64,000 nt of DNA from a virus, in IMG/VR virus record IMGVR_UViG_3300031088_000737, positions 1-64,000 of that record; one strand, 5' to 3'. This document shows, in pieces, positions 48,948-59,469 of this stretch (the first letter of the stretch is position 1; every line of letters starts with the position of its first letter). The notes below the pieces were generated by a model. It saw only the letters and a program-made list of their open reading frames with translations, did not search any database and was not told where the DNA came from. Both the position numbers and the translations under genes were made by a program.

Positions 48948-50804
48948 ATGAGTGGAATTATAGGTCAAATATCATTTGATAAGCAAACAGATAAGCATTT
49001 TATAAAAAAAGGGTTACGTCTTATTGGTCATCGTGGTGAAGATGACAGCGGTTATATGATGACAGACTATGTAGGTATTGGTCATAATCTATTGAGCATT
49101 ACTGGCGATAAAACCAGACAACCCGTAAGTAATAAAGAACGTACTATCTTTGCAGCAGTAAATGGTGAGTTTTACGATTATCAAGATATCATTAAAGAAT
49201 TCAACATGAGTGTCGAGACAAATTCAGATTCTGAAATGATTATTCAACTCTACCAGAGAGGTTTGTTGTTCAAGTATTTAGAGAATGGCAAATTGAATGG
49301 TGAATTCTCATTCTTCCTTTATGACAGTATTAAAAACAAAGTCTACCTTGGAAGAGATTCATTTGGTATTAAACCCCTCTATATTTACCGACACAATGAA
49401 AATGTATATGTATCTTCTGAAATTAAAGGCTTTTTGGCTCTACATAGTTTAGCTTTCGATCCAAACTCATTATACAGTGTGTTAACCATGCAATATCACG
49501 ACACCTATAACACCTTATTTGATGAAGTGAAGCAAGTTCAACCCGGCACTGTATTATTGATTGATGTCAATAAGCGAACGTTCTCTGAAATTACTTATTT
49601 CAACATGAATTTTGAAGAAAACACAAATACCTTTGAAGAAAACAAAATCATCTTGCTTTCCACCCTAAGAAACAGTGTCAGAAGACGCATTGAAAATACT
49701 AAGAAAACAGGGATTGCACTCAGTGGTGGTATTGATTCTGCCTCGGTTCTGGCGTTAGCAGCAGAATGTAGACAACATCTCAATGCCTATACCATTAGTT
49801 TTAAAAATGGAGATGACTATGATGAATTGAAAGCAGCAGAAGAAATGGCTAAACGTTACTCTGCTAATTTTACGCCTATCATTGTTGATGAAAACATGTT
49901 GTTGAAAAACTTAGAGCAGTCTTTGTATCATTCCGAAAACGTTTCAATGAACATGCATGTTGCTTCTAAATATTTGTTGTTTAAGAAAATGGCTGATGAT
50001 GGTTGTAAAGTCTCACTAAGTGGTGAAGGGGCTGATGAAATACTCTTAGGATACCCACATTTTAAAATGGACATGGGATATGGACTTAATATTGAAAATA
50101 ACAAGTACATTTCAGGACTTGATAACTTGTCAGAGATTTTAAACACAGCTAAAATTGAAAAAGAATTAGGTTTTGTACCTACGTTCTTAAAAACTAAATA
50201 TGCATTAGGGTTTAAAATGCATACGCATACGTTGCGTAATGATTACTTAGCTCATTATGTAAACCATGATCCAGCCAGTTATATTATCCGTTTGTATGAA
50301 TTATCGAAAAAGAACAAACCCGTCTTTAATTCAAGTATTCTATGGAGTAAAATAGGCATGAGTAACTATGTGCTCAATGCCCTATGTGATAAAGTCGAAA
50401 TGGCTCACACGATTGAAGGCCGAGTGCCTTTCTTAGATACTGAGTTTTATAACTTTGCTCGCACTATTCCACTTGACCAGAAAATTCATATGGGTCAAGA
50501 AAAATATATCCTTAAAGAAGCTATGAAACCGTTCATTACTGATACAATTTACAATCAGGAAAAACAACCTTTCATTTCACCACCTTTGTTTAACTGGCAG
50601 AACAGTAAGTTTGTGTATGAGCACTTAATGGATGTTGTGCATTCCTCTACTATTCTTAATAGTCATTGTTTTGATCAAGCAAAGATACTGAATATGATTG
50701 ATTTGATTAAGGCTGGAAAACTTGAAGCCAGTAGTTATGACCAAGTGATTATGATGATATTTAGTCTTTATTATTTAGATAAAAACTTTTGTAGAAATCC
50801 TTAA
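48948..50804 (+). CDS. asnB: asparagine synthetase B-like amidotransferase, N-terminal Cys replaced by Ser
   Basis: MSGIIG, HRGEDD, NGEFYD, RDSFGIKPLY, LSGGIDS, SGEGADE, EGRVPFLD. Confidence 0.85.
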   Translation: MSGIIGQISFDKQTDKHFIKKGLRLIGHRGEDDSGYMMTDYVGIGHNLLSITGDKTRQPVSNKERTIFAAVNGEFYDYQDIIKEFNMSVETNSDSEMIIQLYQRGLLFKYLENGKLNGEFSFFLYDSIKNKVYLGRDSFGIKPLYIYRHNENVYVSSEIKGFLALHSLAFDPNSLYSVLTMQYHDTYNTLFDEVKQVQPGTVLLIDVNKRTFSEITYFNMNFEENTNTFEENKIILLSTLRNSVRRRIENTKKTGIALSGGIDSASVLALAAECRQHLNAYTISFKNGDDYDELKAAEEMAKRYSANFTPIIVDENMLLKNLEQSLYHSENVSMNMHVASKYLLFKKMADDGCKVSLSGEGADEILLGYPHFKMDMGYGLNIENNKYISGLDNLSEILNTAKIEKELGFVPTFLKTKYALGFKMHTHTLRNDYLAHYVNHDPASYIIRLYELSKKNKPVFNSSILWSKIGMSNYVLNALCDKVEMAHTIEGRVPFLDTEFYNFARTIPLDQKIHMGQEKYILKEAMKPFITDTIYNQEKQPFISPPLFNWQNSKFVYEHLMDVVHSSTILNSHCFDQAKILNMIDLIKAGKLEASSYDQVIMMIFSLYYLDKNFCRNP

Positions 50805-50835
50805 AATGAAATGAACACTACAATTTGACAAATAT

Positions 50836-50857
50836 AACAGCCGTCAGGCTGTTTTTT
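50836..50857 (+). terminator. intrinsic terminator
   Basis: AACAGCC-GTCA-GGCTGTT-TTTT. Confidence 0.75.
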
Positions 50858-50944
50858 GTTGTTATTTTAATATTGATTTGATATAATCGTTAGAATTTAA
50901 TAATATTTTTAAAAAATATTACCCACTATTGAGAGTTAATAATT

Positions 50945-51649
50945 ATGGAATATGACGAAGCAGCAATAATGAAAATGATTGAAGAATCTGACATTAAAAC
51001 GAAGGACGTAATGAAAATAATAAAACCAGTATTTGAAAAAATAGTTAATTTAACTCATTCATCTGATTTTCATTCAAATGAATATGAATTTGTTTTAAGT
51101 TATGATATACCTGAAAAACCTTTTTATGGTTCTTATTTCATGGGAACCTATAACAAAGATACCAATTATATTGATATTGAAATTAAATCAGAAAATGGAT
51201 TTAATCAGTTTTTTGAGATTTTCCCATCAGCACCCAAAATAGATTTTGAACACCTTAATCATGTTATTCATGAATTTCGTTTAATGTATGCTTTTATGTT
51301 GGGTGAAGATGTTGTATTCACTGTTAATTCAATGGAAGATGTTAAAGACCATTTCTACTGGTGTGGGAACAACTATCGTTTTTCAGTAAGATTATTTGAT
51401 GAGCATATTCATGACGATAATCATTTTGTTATTAACATATTTTATGGAATTTGTACGGAAACCTGCCAGATGACGCAGACGTATAAGTATGATTTTAAAC
51501 ACCCGAAAATTGGTTTCTCTTGTGAACGATGGGATTCAATTGATGAAATCAAAACAGAGTTCTTTAAATATGTCGCTAAAATGTTAAATAAACCTGTCAG
51601 TGAGATAACATTAATGGATTATAAACTATTGCCTATGTTGAATGTTTAA
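50945..51649 (+). CDS. hypothetical protein with C-terminal tag, paralogue of 48169-48852
   Basis: YIDIEIKS..F..FFEIFP...IDFE.LN; ends DYKLLPMLNV. Confidence 0.75.
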   Translation: MEYDEAAIMKMIEESDIKTKDVMKIIKPVFEKIVNLTHSSDFHSNEYEFVLSYDIPEKPFYGSYFMGTYNKDTNYIDIEIKSENGFNQFFEIFPSAPKIDFEHLNHVIHEFRLMYAFMLGEDVVFTVNSMEDVKDHFYWCGNNYRFSVRLFDEHIHDDNHFVINIFYGICTETCQMTQTYKYDFKHPKIGFSCERWDSIDEIKTEFFKYVAKMLNKPVSEITLMDYKLLPMLNV

Positions 51650-51658
51650 GGAGTTCTA

Positions 51659-52291
51659 ATGTTATATGTTGATTATGAACAGTTCATGCAAGACATGCAG
51701 TCAGAAACAAATATAAAACTACCAGAACATAATAGATTCTCAGGCTACTATGATGAGAAAAACTTTATTTCATGTAATCGTAAATCAGATGACTTGGTAT
51801 TGTTTGAAGCGTCCTTAAGACACAATGAGAATTACAGTAAAAACGAAGTCAGTTTGAAAATCCCTTTTGAAATCATTAATAAAAAAATTGTTTTAAACTA
51901 TCCAATTGACAATGTTCAAATTATGGATGGCATTGCCCGCACTAATGAGTATTTGCCTGTCTACCATTCCGTTGAGATTGCTGGCAAAAGCAAGACTGAC
52001 TTATTTGAAGATTATTATACGTCAAATTTATTGATTTCTGCCGATTTAGTGATTACGACTGACATCCATCGAAATGTGTCTTATATCTTAGATGACATTC
52101 ATTTTGATTTTCAAATACAATATAGACTGTATGGTGGTTACAAAGTCATGAGTATACAAAATATATTTAAACACGTTGATGATAAGCTTAAATCAAAATT
52201 CTATACAAACAACCAGCATTATGAACAACTCAGTATGAATGAGCGTGTGTGGTTATATAACATTGCAAATAAATTGTCAGCTAACTTTTAA
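51659..52291 (+). CDS. hypothetical protein, distant paralogue of 52361 and 52964
   Basis: similar block order (IP...YLP.Y...NVSY); degenerate tag WLYNI plus extension. Confidence 0.7.
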   Translation: MLYVDYEQFMQDMQSETNIKLPEHNRFSGYYDEKNFISCNRKSDDLVLFEASLRHNENYSKNEVSLKIPFEIINKKIVLNYPIDNVQIMDGIARTNEYLPVYHSVEIAGKSKTDLFEDYYTSNLLISADLVITTDIHRNVSYILDDIHFDFQIQYRLYGGYKVMSIQNIFKHVDDKLKSKFYTNNQHYEQLSMNERVWLYNIANKLSANF

Positions 52292-52360
52292 ATCAGTAGA
52301 TTTATCGTTAAAAATTTGCTATAATATGGCATTAGAAAATTATAGAGAAGGTAAACTACT

Positions 52361-52963
52361 ATGAAGACATTTGACAGCGATAAGTTCCTTAATACTTTTC
52401 AAGCGTATTTTGATTTAAAGGTCGAGAAAGGCCGCACCACTTATTACTATGGTAAAAAAGATCTCACGATTTATTACAATACTGAAAACTATCTGACATC
52501 CAACGATCTTCGTATTATGGTTATGGATTTTAAATACACTGAGCAAATTGAAAATCTTTCGTTGTTTGTTCGTATTCCTTTGGACAATGGTTTTAATAAA
52601 GCGAATGGGATGACAATTAACAGTGGTGTTATTAAAAATCATATTAAAAAAGCAAAAGATTACCTCCCAATCTTTAAACAAATTACAAAAGCATCTTATA
52701 ATGGAAAGCCTTACTTGCTGATTAAATGTAATGTTGATCAAGTGCATGATGAACGTGGAATTCTTCGTCATAAAATTAGCAATGTGAGCTATCAGTTTGA
52801 AATTTCTTTTAACGTCAAAGAAAATGGTCAATCGGATAGTTGCACTGACTATATTAGTTATGTGGATCGCCATCTTGATGATTATTTCTCTAAAACAGAT
52901 GTCGATGTGAGTGGAGCAGACTACAAGCGTAAATTAGACCTTTATAGCATGATTGTAATTTGA
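52361..52963 (+). CDS. hypothetical protein with C-terminal tag
   Basis: tandem paralogue of 52964; ends KLDLYSMIVI. Confidence 0.75.
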   Translation: MKTFDSDKFLNTFQAYFDLKVEKGRTTYYYGKKDLTIYYNTENYLTSNDLRIMVMDFKYTEQIENLSLFVRIPLDNGFNKANGMTINSGVIKNHIKKAKDYLPIFKQITKASYNGKPYLLIKCNVDQVHDERGILRHKISNVSYQFEISFNVKENGQSDSCTDYISYVDRHLDDYFSKTDVDVSGADYKRKLDLYSMIVI

Positions 52964-53548
52964 ATGAAAAAAATTAATTTTGATATTTTTTCCAAAAGCT
53001 TTCAAGACTATTTTGGATTTAATATGAGCATCGGCACTGCAAAACATTATGATGGTCCAGATAGATTAATCGTTATCTATGAATATAATCCATCATTTTT
53101 AAGAAGAACTGGTTTTACGATTAAAGAAAATAATGGTTTATTGAAAGTTTATGCAGAAATACCAATGGACTACACATTCAATAAAAACAATCCGTTAATT
53201 TTAAACGGTCAAGAAGTCCAAGAAAAAATTGATGAAGCTATTCACTATTTTTCTGTCTTTCGTAAAATAGTTGATGTGGATGAATACTATAAACCTTATT
53301 TGAATATTAATTTCATTATTGATGAAGTGACAGAAGGTGACGAAATTGTTAAATATAATATATCAACTGTCACTTATAACTTTGAAATGACGTATAACAG
53401 TAAAGTAAATGGACGAGAGGACAATTCTAAAAACTTTTTGGTAGTGGTTCAGGACTATCTTGATAAATATTTCCAAAAGAATGACATTGATGTTACAGGA
53501 TCGAGTTATAAAGAAAAAATTGACTTATATAACATGATGGAGATTTAA
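52964..53548 (+). CDS. hypothetical protein with C-terminal tag
   Basis: ends KIDLYNMMEI; shares YF.K.D.DV.G..YK.K.DLY.M with 52361. Confidence 0.75.
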   Translation: MKKINFDIFSKSFQDYFGFNMSIGTAKHYDGPDRLIVIYEYNPSFLRRTGFTIKENNGLLKVYAEIPMDYTFNKNNPLILNGQEVQEKIDEAIHYFSVFRKIVDVDEYYKPYLNINFIIDEVTEGDEIVKYNISTVTYNFEMTYNSKVNGREDNSKNFLVVVQDYLDKYFQKNDIDVTGSSYKEKIDLYNMMEI

Positions 53549-53549
53549 T

Positions 53550-54392
53550 ATGCAGTATCAACCCACAATGATTACTTCATTTGACGAAAATGAAGTGGCA
53601 GTAAGTCGTATCTTTAAATTTATTAAAGCTTTTGCTGCACAAACATTATTAGTAGATTGCTTTTCGTTAAGTGTCAGAAAAGATGATCCTACTCCAGATA
53701 AGGCGAAAATTAATAAAAATAATTGGAAAAATACAAATACTTTTAAGTCATCTGCTATTACTGTTTACAATTATTCATTTAATATAAAAAAAACAACGGT
53801 TAAAAAAATGTCATTTTTTTACAAGAAATATAATGACTACAATAAATCTATTCAGGGACAAGTTTATTATCAAGATGGTAATATTTTAAGAATTGTTGTT
53901 TCTTTTTATGGCGAGAAAGATGAGTTGCTTAATTTTATAAAATATCATCCAGAAAGTTATTTTATGATTGATCGCTATTATAGACTGTCATTGGCGGCAA
54001 TGCATGATGTGCATCCTAAAAACAAATCAATTTCAGGTCGTATAGAATGTTCCTATAAGATTAAACAGGAACAATGTAAGCTAGAATATGTTTTGAGTGA
54101 TGAAAAAACGAGTCAAATTACTAATTCGCAAGGTTTTACAATAGTGCAAGGTCTTACATCACAAGGTTCAGCCATTTCACTATCAAATCTTTTGTCAGCA
54201 TTTGTTGGTAATCGTACTAATAGTTACAGTAAATTTATGATACGTTTTGAGAATGAACATTTTCAATCATTAACTTCAACTAGATTGGTTGAATTACAAA
54301 AATGTTTTGTAGATTTCCCAATATTAAGTGATTTGATTAGATCTGATAATTTTGACGACTATGTTTTAGTCTTAGAAATGGAACAAATTTAA
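53550..54392 (+). CDS. hypothetical protein with C-terminal tag
   Basis: ends YVLVLEMEQI. Confidence 0.75.
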   Translation: MQYQPTMITSFDENEVAVSRIFKFIKAFAAQTLLVDCFSLSVRKDDPTPDKAKINKNNWKNTNTFKSSAITVYNYSFNIKKTTVKKMSFFYKKYNDYNKSIQGQVYYQDGNILRIVVSFYGEKDELLNFIKYHPESYFMIDRYYRLSLAAMHDVHPKNKSISGRIECSYKIKQEQCKLEYVLSDEKTSQITNSQGFTIVQGLTSQGSAISLSNLLSAFVGNRTNSYSKFMIRFENEHFQSLTSTRLVELQKCFVDFPILSDLIRSDNFDDYVLVLEMEQI

Positions 54393-54458
54393 AAAGTCAA
54401 TTTATTGACATATTGTTTGTAAAGTATTATAATAATAAAAACAATAAAAATAAAATAT

Positions 54459-55106
54459 ATGTTCTTAAAATTATCCCTACCTATTATCATCAGTATCATA
54501 GGAATAAATTCCTTAGCTGATTATACTATTATTTATCCAGTAAAATTTGTAAACTTTAAAGACATTCCTAAATGGGAAGAAACCGATTCACAATATTCTG
54601 AATGGACTAATGTTGGATCTCCAAGCAATTGTAAATCAGCTACACCATTAGAAAACACGGTCACACTAGGGCAGAGTTATGAAAAAACATTTTCTCAATG
54701 TGATATCAATCAAGAAAGAATTGAAACAAAGTATTTAATTAGAAAAGATACTGGTGCTACAAAGCCTAATGGCGAAGTAAAAGAAACCAGAGTGAAAAAT
54801 GATTATTCTTATAAAGCTCAAAGTATAGGAACATTGCCAGCAGAAGAATGTAGATACTCAATGTCTGGTAAGAATTTCCATTGGTATGATGTATCAAGGT
54901 CCGTTGGTGCTACTGATGGTAAAGGTTCAGTGTTGACGTGGGATGGCGTTCAAGTTAAAAGCACTATGGGTGTAAGTGGCGGAAATCAACCAACTGAATT
55001 TGTGGTTGGATCTTATAAGTATAAGAGATCAACATTCCAATATAAATCATTATATAATGATAGCTTATGGTATCACTACTATCAAATATGCAGAACACCT
55101 ATTTAA
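54459..55106 (+). CDS. predicted exported Cys-containing protein related to 32034-32405
   Basis: signal peptide ...NSLA-DY; W..T...YSEW.N.G...C block; ends YYQICRTPI. Confidence 0.7.
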   Translation: MFLKLSLPIIISIIGINSLADYTIIYPVKFVNFKDIPKWEETDSQYSEWTNVGSPSNCKSATPLENTVTLGQSYEKTFSQCDINQERIETKYLIRKDTGATKPNGEVKETRVKNDYSYKAQSIGTLPAEECRYSMSGKNFHWYDVSRSVGATDGKGSVLTWDGVQVKSTMGVSGGNQPTEFVVGSYKYKRSTFQYKSLYNDSLWYHYYQICRTPI

Positions 55107-55124
55107 ACGAATAGAGTAGACAAT

Positions 55125-55154
55125 AAAAAGCCTGACATTATATCAGGCTTTTTT
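55125..55154. terminator. bidirectional intrinsic terminator
   Basis: AAAAAGCCTGA-CATTATA-TCAGGCTTTTTT. Confidence 0.75.
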
Positions 55155-55172
55155 ATTGGTATTGGTTCTTAA

Positions 55173-56123
<951 letters not shown>

Positions 56124-56281
56124 TTATTTGATTACATAATTATACGTTGAAAAATAAAAATAATCAATAAGTCATGAGATTTATTATGATTATACTTTCA
56201 ATAGTCAAAAACTATAATGTTTAACAAACAACTAAAAAATCATTCATTTAAAATAAAATATTAAAAAGTTAAATACGTTTA

Positions 56282-56310
56282 TTGACAATGATATCATTGT
56301 GCCTTATTAT
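56282..56310 (+). promoter_or_regulatory. sigma70 promoter with no CDS before the next terminator
   Basis: TTGACA-17-TATTAT. Confidence 0.75.
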
Positions 56311-56316
56311 GAAAAT

Positions 56317-56396
56317 ATGTAACGTTGGTTACGTTACAATGCATGTTGTTCTCCTTGGGTTAGAAGAAAAAATTACAGAAATGTAGTTTTTTTTTT
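56317..56396 (+). ncRNA. candidate small RNA (~80 nt)
   Basis: 5' hairpin TGTAACGT-TGGTT-ACGTTACA, central TTGTTCTCCTT, terminator ATTACA-GAAA-TGTAGT followed by a long T run. Confidence 0.6.
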
Positions 56397-56498
56397 CCTG
56401 TTATTTAACAAATTACATAATACAAAAGCACCTTTTCAAAAAAAAGTGTCATTTTTTTGTGGTCTATGCTATAATAATAAAATAAACATGAGGAAGTA

Positions 56499-57335
56499 AT
56501 GATGAGCACTGAAATGACTCCAATGAAAAGATACAGCACAGGTCTAACTACTCTAAAAAATAACCTGACTAGCATTTGTGAAAAAACTGAATTAAATAAA
56601 ACCGCTCCCAAGAGTAATTATGATGGTGGATATTCAAAAGGTGTTGCATCAGATTATGTGCTTATTTTTAAAGACAAGTACTCAGATGCTTCTTTTGCGT
56701 TGGTATTTGAATACATGGGACTTTCAGCAGATAAGCAACGAGTAGTGGGGTCTGTTAAACTTTCTAATGATGGCGATATCAAAAATAGCTTTAATATGAC
56801 ACTTGAAGAGTTTAAGACGAATCTTAATGCGTTGAATAAAGATATGGATGTCGCCAGAACAAACCGTATGAAAGTTGACTTTGGTTTTCCACAAGCTCTA
56901 GCTCTCTTTTCCAAGCATATGTTAAAAGAAGTCATTGACCTTGCGAGTGATCTTAAAAGTGCAACCAGTGATGTCAGCAAATTTTTAAGCAAAAAACTAA
57001 AAGAGCTTGAAAATGAAGGTCTTGATGAGAAAATTGTAGCGGCTGAAAAAAGTCTGGATAAAGCTCAACGTTCGATTAATAAAAAAATAGCAGATTCTCC
57101 ACTCACCGCTGAAAGAGAGCAATTATTAGAACGTATTAAAGAAATTGATAAGCAGCTTAAAATTGAGCGTCAAAGCCTGACTTCAAAAGCAGATATTGTG
57201 GGTAAAAAGCAGGCTGTTGTTGATACTCGTAAAGCATTAGCTGATAAACAAGCTGAAATTTCAAAAGATGTTGATGAGCAACTTGAAAAATATCCAGTCG
57301 CTGTTCGTAAACGAGTTAAACAAGGTTTGAATTAA
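56499..57335 (+). CDS. coiled-coil protein with basic C-tail
   Basis: GAGG SD; heptad-rich C-terminal half; ends RKRVKQGLN; terminator at 57351-57373. Confidence 0.75.
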   Translation: MMSTEMTPMKRYSTGLTTLKNNLTSICEKTELNKTAPKSNYDGGYSKGVASDYVLIFKDKYSDASFALVFEYMGLSADKQRVVGSVKLSNDGDIKNSFNMTLEEFKTNLNALNKDMDVARTNRMKVDFGFPQALALFSKHMLKEVIDLASDLKSATSDVSKFLSKKLKELENEGLDEKIVAAEKSLDKAQRSINKKIADSPLTAEREQLLERIKEIDKQLKIERQSLTSKADIVGKKQAVVDTRKALADKQAEISKDVDEQLEKYPVAVRKRVKQGLN

Positions 57336-57375
57336 AGACAACACGATAATAAAAAAGGAGCCTAGGCTCCTTTCT

Positions 57376-58083
57376 TTATTTTATTTTGTTAGTAAAATTT
57401 TCAATATCTTTTTCTTTTGATGATTGGAGATATATTGAACCACCTACAACGACTAATGCTGATATAAATCCCCATGTTGTGGTTGATGATGTAAATGTAT
57501 GTAGACTTAATATACCATGAGTAATCACAAGTTTTACAGTGAAAAATATTGGCATAAATCCACAGATAGCACAAATTAATCTTACCATTTTAACATTTAC
57601 TTCTGGATAATTCTCTTTTGTTGATTTAAAATCATGTTTAAAAGCTAATTTAAAGTTCATAAATGTTGACACCACTGGAATTAGAAATCCAATAAACGCT
57701 ATAATAGCAATGATAATATCTTTTGTTCCAAGTTTTTTTAGTGAGCTTACTATTTTTATATTTTCAGGTTGTCCTTGGATATCTGCTGATTCATCAATGC
57801 TTATCTTTGAGTAAGTGACTATTCTATTATTTTTTTCACCAATGTAGAGGATATCGCCAATTTCTATATCATTTTCTAGTGCTTTTAATGAAAAAAGTTG
57901 TCCAGTTTCTTCAACTTCAATAGTATAATGGTATACTAGCTTTCGTTCAGTTGTGTTATTATCAACTTCTTCTTTTTTATCTCCCACCCATGTTTTACGG
58001 TAATAAACTGAAGTTATATGCTCACCTTCAGTAATTCTATGTGTTCTTTTCTCTCTAACTACAGTTTTATTAATTTTTAGCAT
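57376..58083 (-). CDS. membrane protein
   Basis: soluble N-terminal half followed by three hydrophobic segments. Confidence 0.7.
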   Translation of the reverse strand: MLKINKTVVREKRTHRITEGEHITSVYYRKTWVGDKKEEVDNNTTERKLVYHYTIEVEETGQLFSLKALENDIEIGDILYIGEKNNRIVTYSKISIDESADIQGQPENIKIVSSLKKLGTKDIIIAIIAFIGFLIPVVSTFMNFKLAFKHDFKSTKENYPEVNVKMVRLICAICGFMPIFFTVKLVITHGILSLHTFTSSTTTWGFISALVVVGGSIYLQSSKEKDIENFTNKIK

Positions 58084-58087
58084 AATA

Positions 58088-58795
58088 TTAGACTCCTTTT
58101 AACTGTTTTTTTATTTTATAAGCATATTTTTTTATGTTTACACAATTAATAGCTCTATTAATTGTGACAACAGAAGCAATTATTATGCCGCCTGTAATAT
58201 ACCCTAGCATACTCATTAAAAATACTTTAGATCCACCATTGTACCAATAATAAGTAAAATAGACATGAAATATTATTAAAATTAAATACAATAAAGTTTT
58301 TAATAAACTTCTACTTTTAAGATGACCATCAGAATAATTGTATAAATTAAATTTTTGGGGTTCAAGTATGCTTAATAGTGATACTACTGGGATACTAGAA
58401 ACTGCTGCTCTAGATACAAAATCTCCAAGATCAAAAAGAGATAGTCTAGGAAAAGCATTTTTTATTAAGATGGGATCAGCATTTTTATAAGGGACGTAAC
58501 CTAATATCTCTTTATCATCATTCACATAACATTTTATTGTACTATTTTCGATAGGCAAAAAGTCATCTTCTAAAATAATGCCTTTATATTGCTCATTAGT
58601 TTTTTCGTCAATGCAATCTATTTCTGTTTTTGTATAATTTTCATAGGTTGTTTTACTACCACCACCAGCATATTCAAAACTTTTGTCACCATTTTTTTCA
58701 GTGTCATTGTAATAGGTCGTAGACTTTGTTTTAGAATCTGTCACCATTTGTACAGTTTTACGTACTATTTTTAAGTCTAATAGTTTTCCGTTCAT
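58088..58795 (-). CDS. membrane protein, architecture similar to 57376-58083
   Basis: GGGAG SD favours start 58795; C-terminal TM helices. Confidence 0.7.
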   Translation of the reverse strand: MNGKLLDLKIVRKTVQMVTDSKTKSTTYYNDTEKNGDKSFEYAGGGSKTTYENYTKTEIDCIDEKTNEQYKGIILEDDFLPIENSTIKCYVNDDKEILGYVPYKNADPILIKNAFPRLSLFDLGDFVSRAAVSSIPVVSLLSILEPQKFNLYNYSDGHLKSRSLLKTLLYLILIIFHVYFTYYWYNGGSKVFLMSMLGYITGGIIIASVVTINRAINCVNIKKYAYKIKKQLKGV

Positions 58796-58903
58796 AAAAA
58801 CTCCCATTTTAATAAGTTAAAAATAGGATAGATCTAAAATAAATAAAGTCAATAGCATAAAATCAAATAAATGCTTAAAAAAAGCCTAAATTTAAAATAT
58901 TTT

Positions 58904-59332
58904 TTAACCCCAACTAAAATAATCAAACTGTAATTGATTGTTTTCATCTAATCGGGCTTCACTGTCCAAAAATTCTTCAAAATTATAATATTGAATGTCT
59001 ACTGAGTCTGTTTCTGGATCACCGGGATAAATAATGGTACCATAACTGCCATCGTTAATAGGACGTGTATCTATAACAAGTCGATCATTTACGCTGTTTG
59101 TATACACAACAACTAATTTTGAGCGTATTTCTGGTGTGCTGTCATCAATATCAATGTTGAAGTCATTGCCGTCTCCTAATTCTTCTAATGTCAACCATTT
59201 ACCAGAACATTTGTCATCTGAATGTTCAACACCTTCAAATCGTTTGATAAATTTTACATAAGAGATAGGCAACTTAATTCCTAATCTTTTTTCAGCTATC
59301 TTTACACGTTTGGCAAATGTTAACTTTTCCAT
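58904..59332 (-). CDS. SMI1/KNR4 (SUKH) family protein
   Basis: VKIAEKRLGIKLPISYVKFIKRFEG N-terminal signature. Confidence 0.75.
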   Translation of the reverse strand: MEKLTFAKRVKIAEKRLGIKLPISYVKFIKRFEGVEHSDDKCSGKWLTLEELGDGNDFNIDIDDSTPEIRSKLVVVYTNSVNDRLVIDTRPINDGSYGTIIYPGDPETDSVDIQYYNFEEFLDSEARLDENNQLQFDYFSWG

Positions 59333-59469
59333 ATTGAACTCCTAGTCTTTCAAATAGATTATCATTAAAAATATTGATTGCCATTTTGAACTAAAAGTGT
59401 TACTATAATGTTTAAAATTTTGATATTGTCTCATTATGAGGTTAAATCAATATCTAGGAGCGAATTCAT

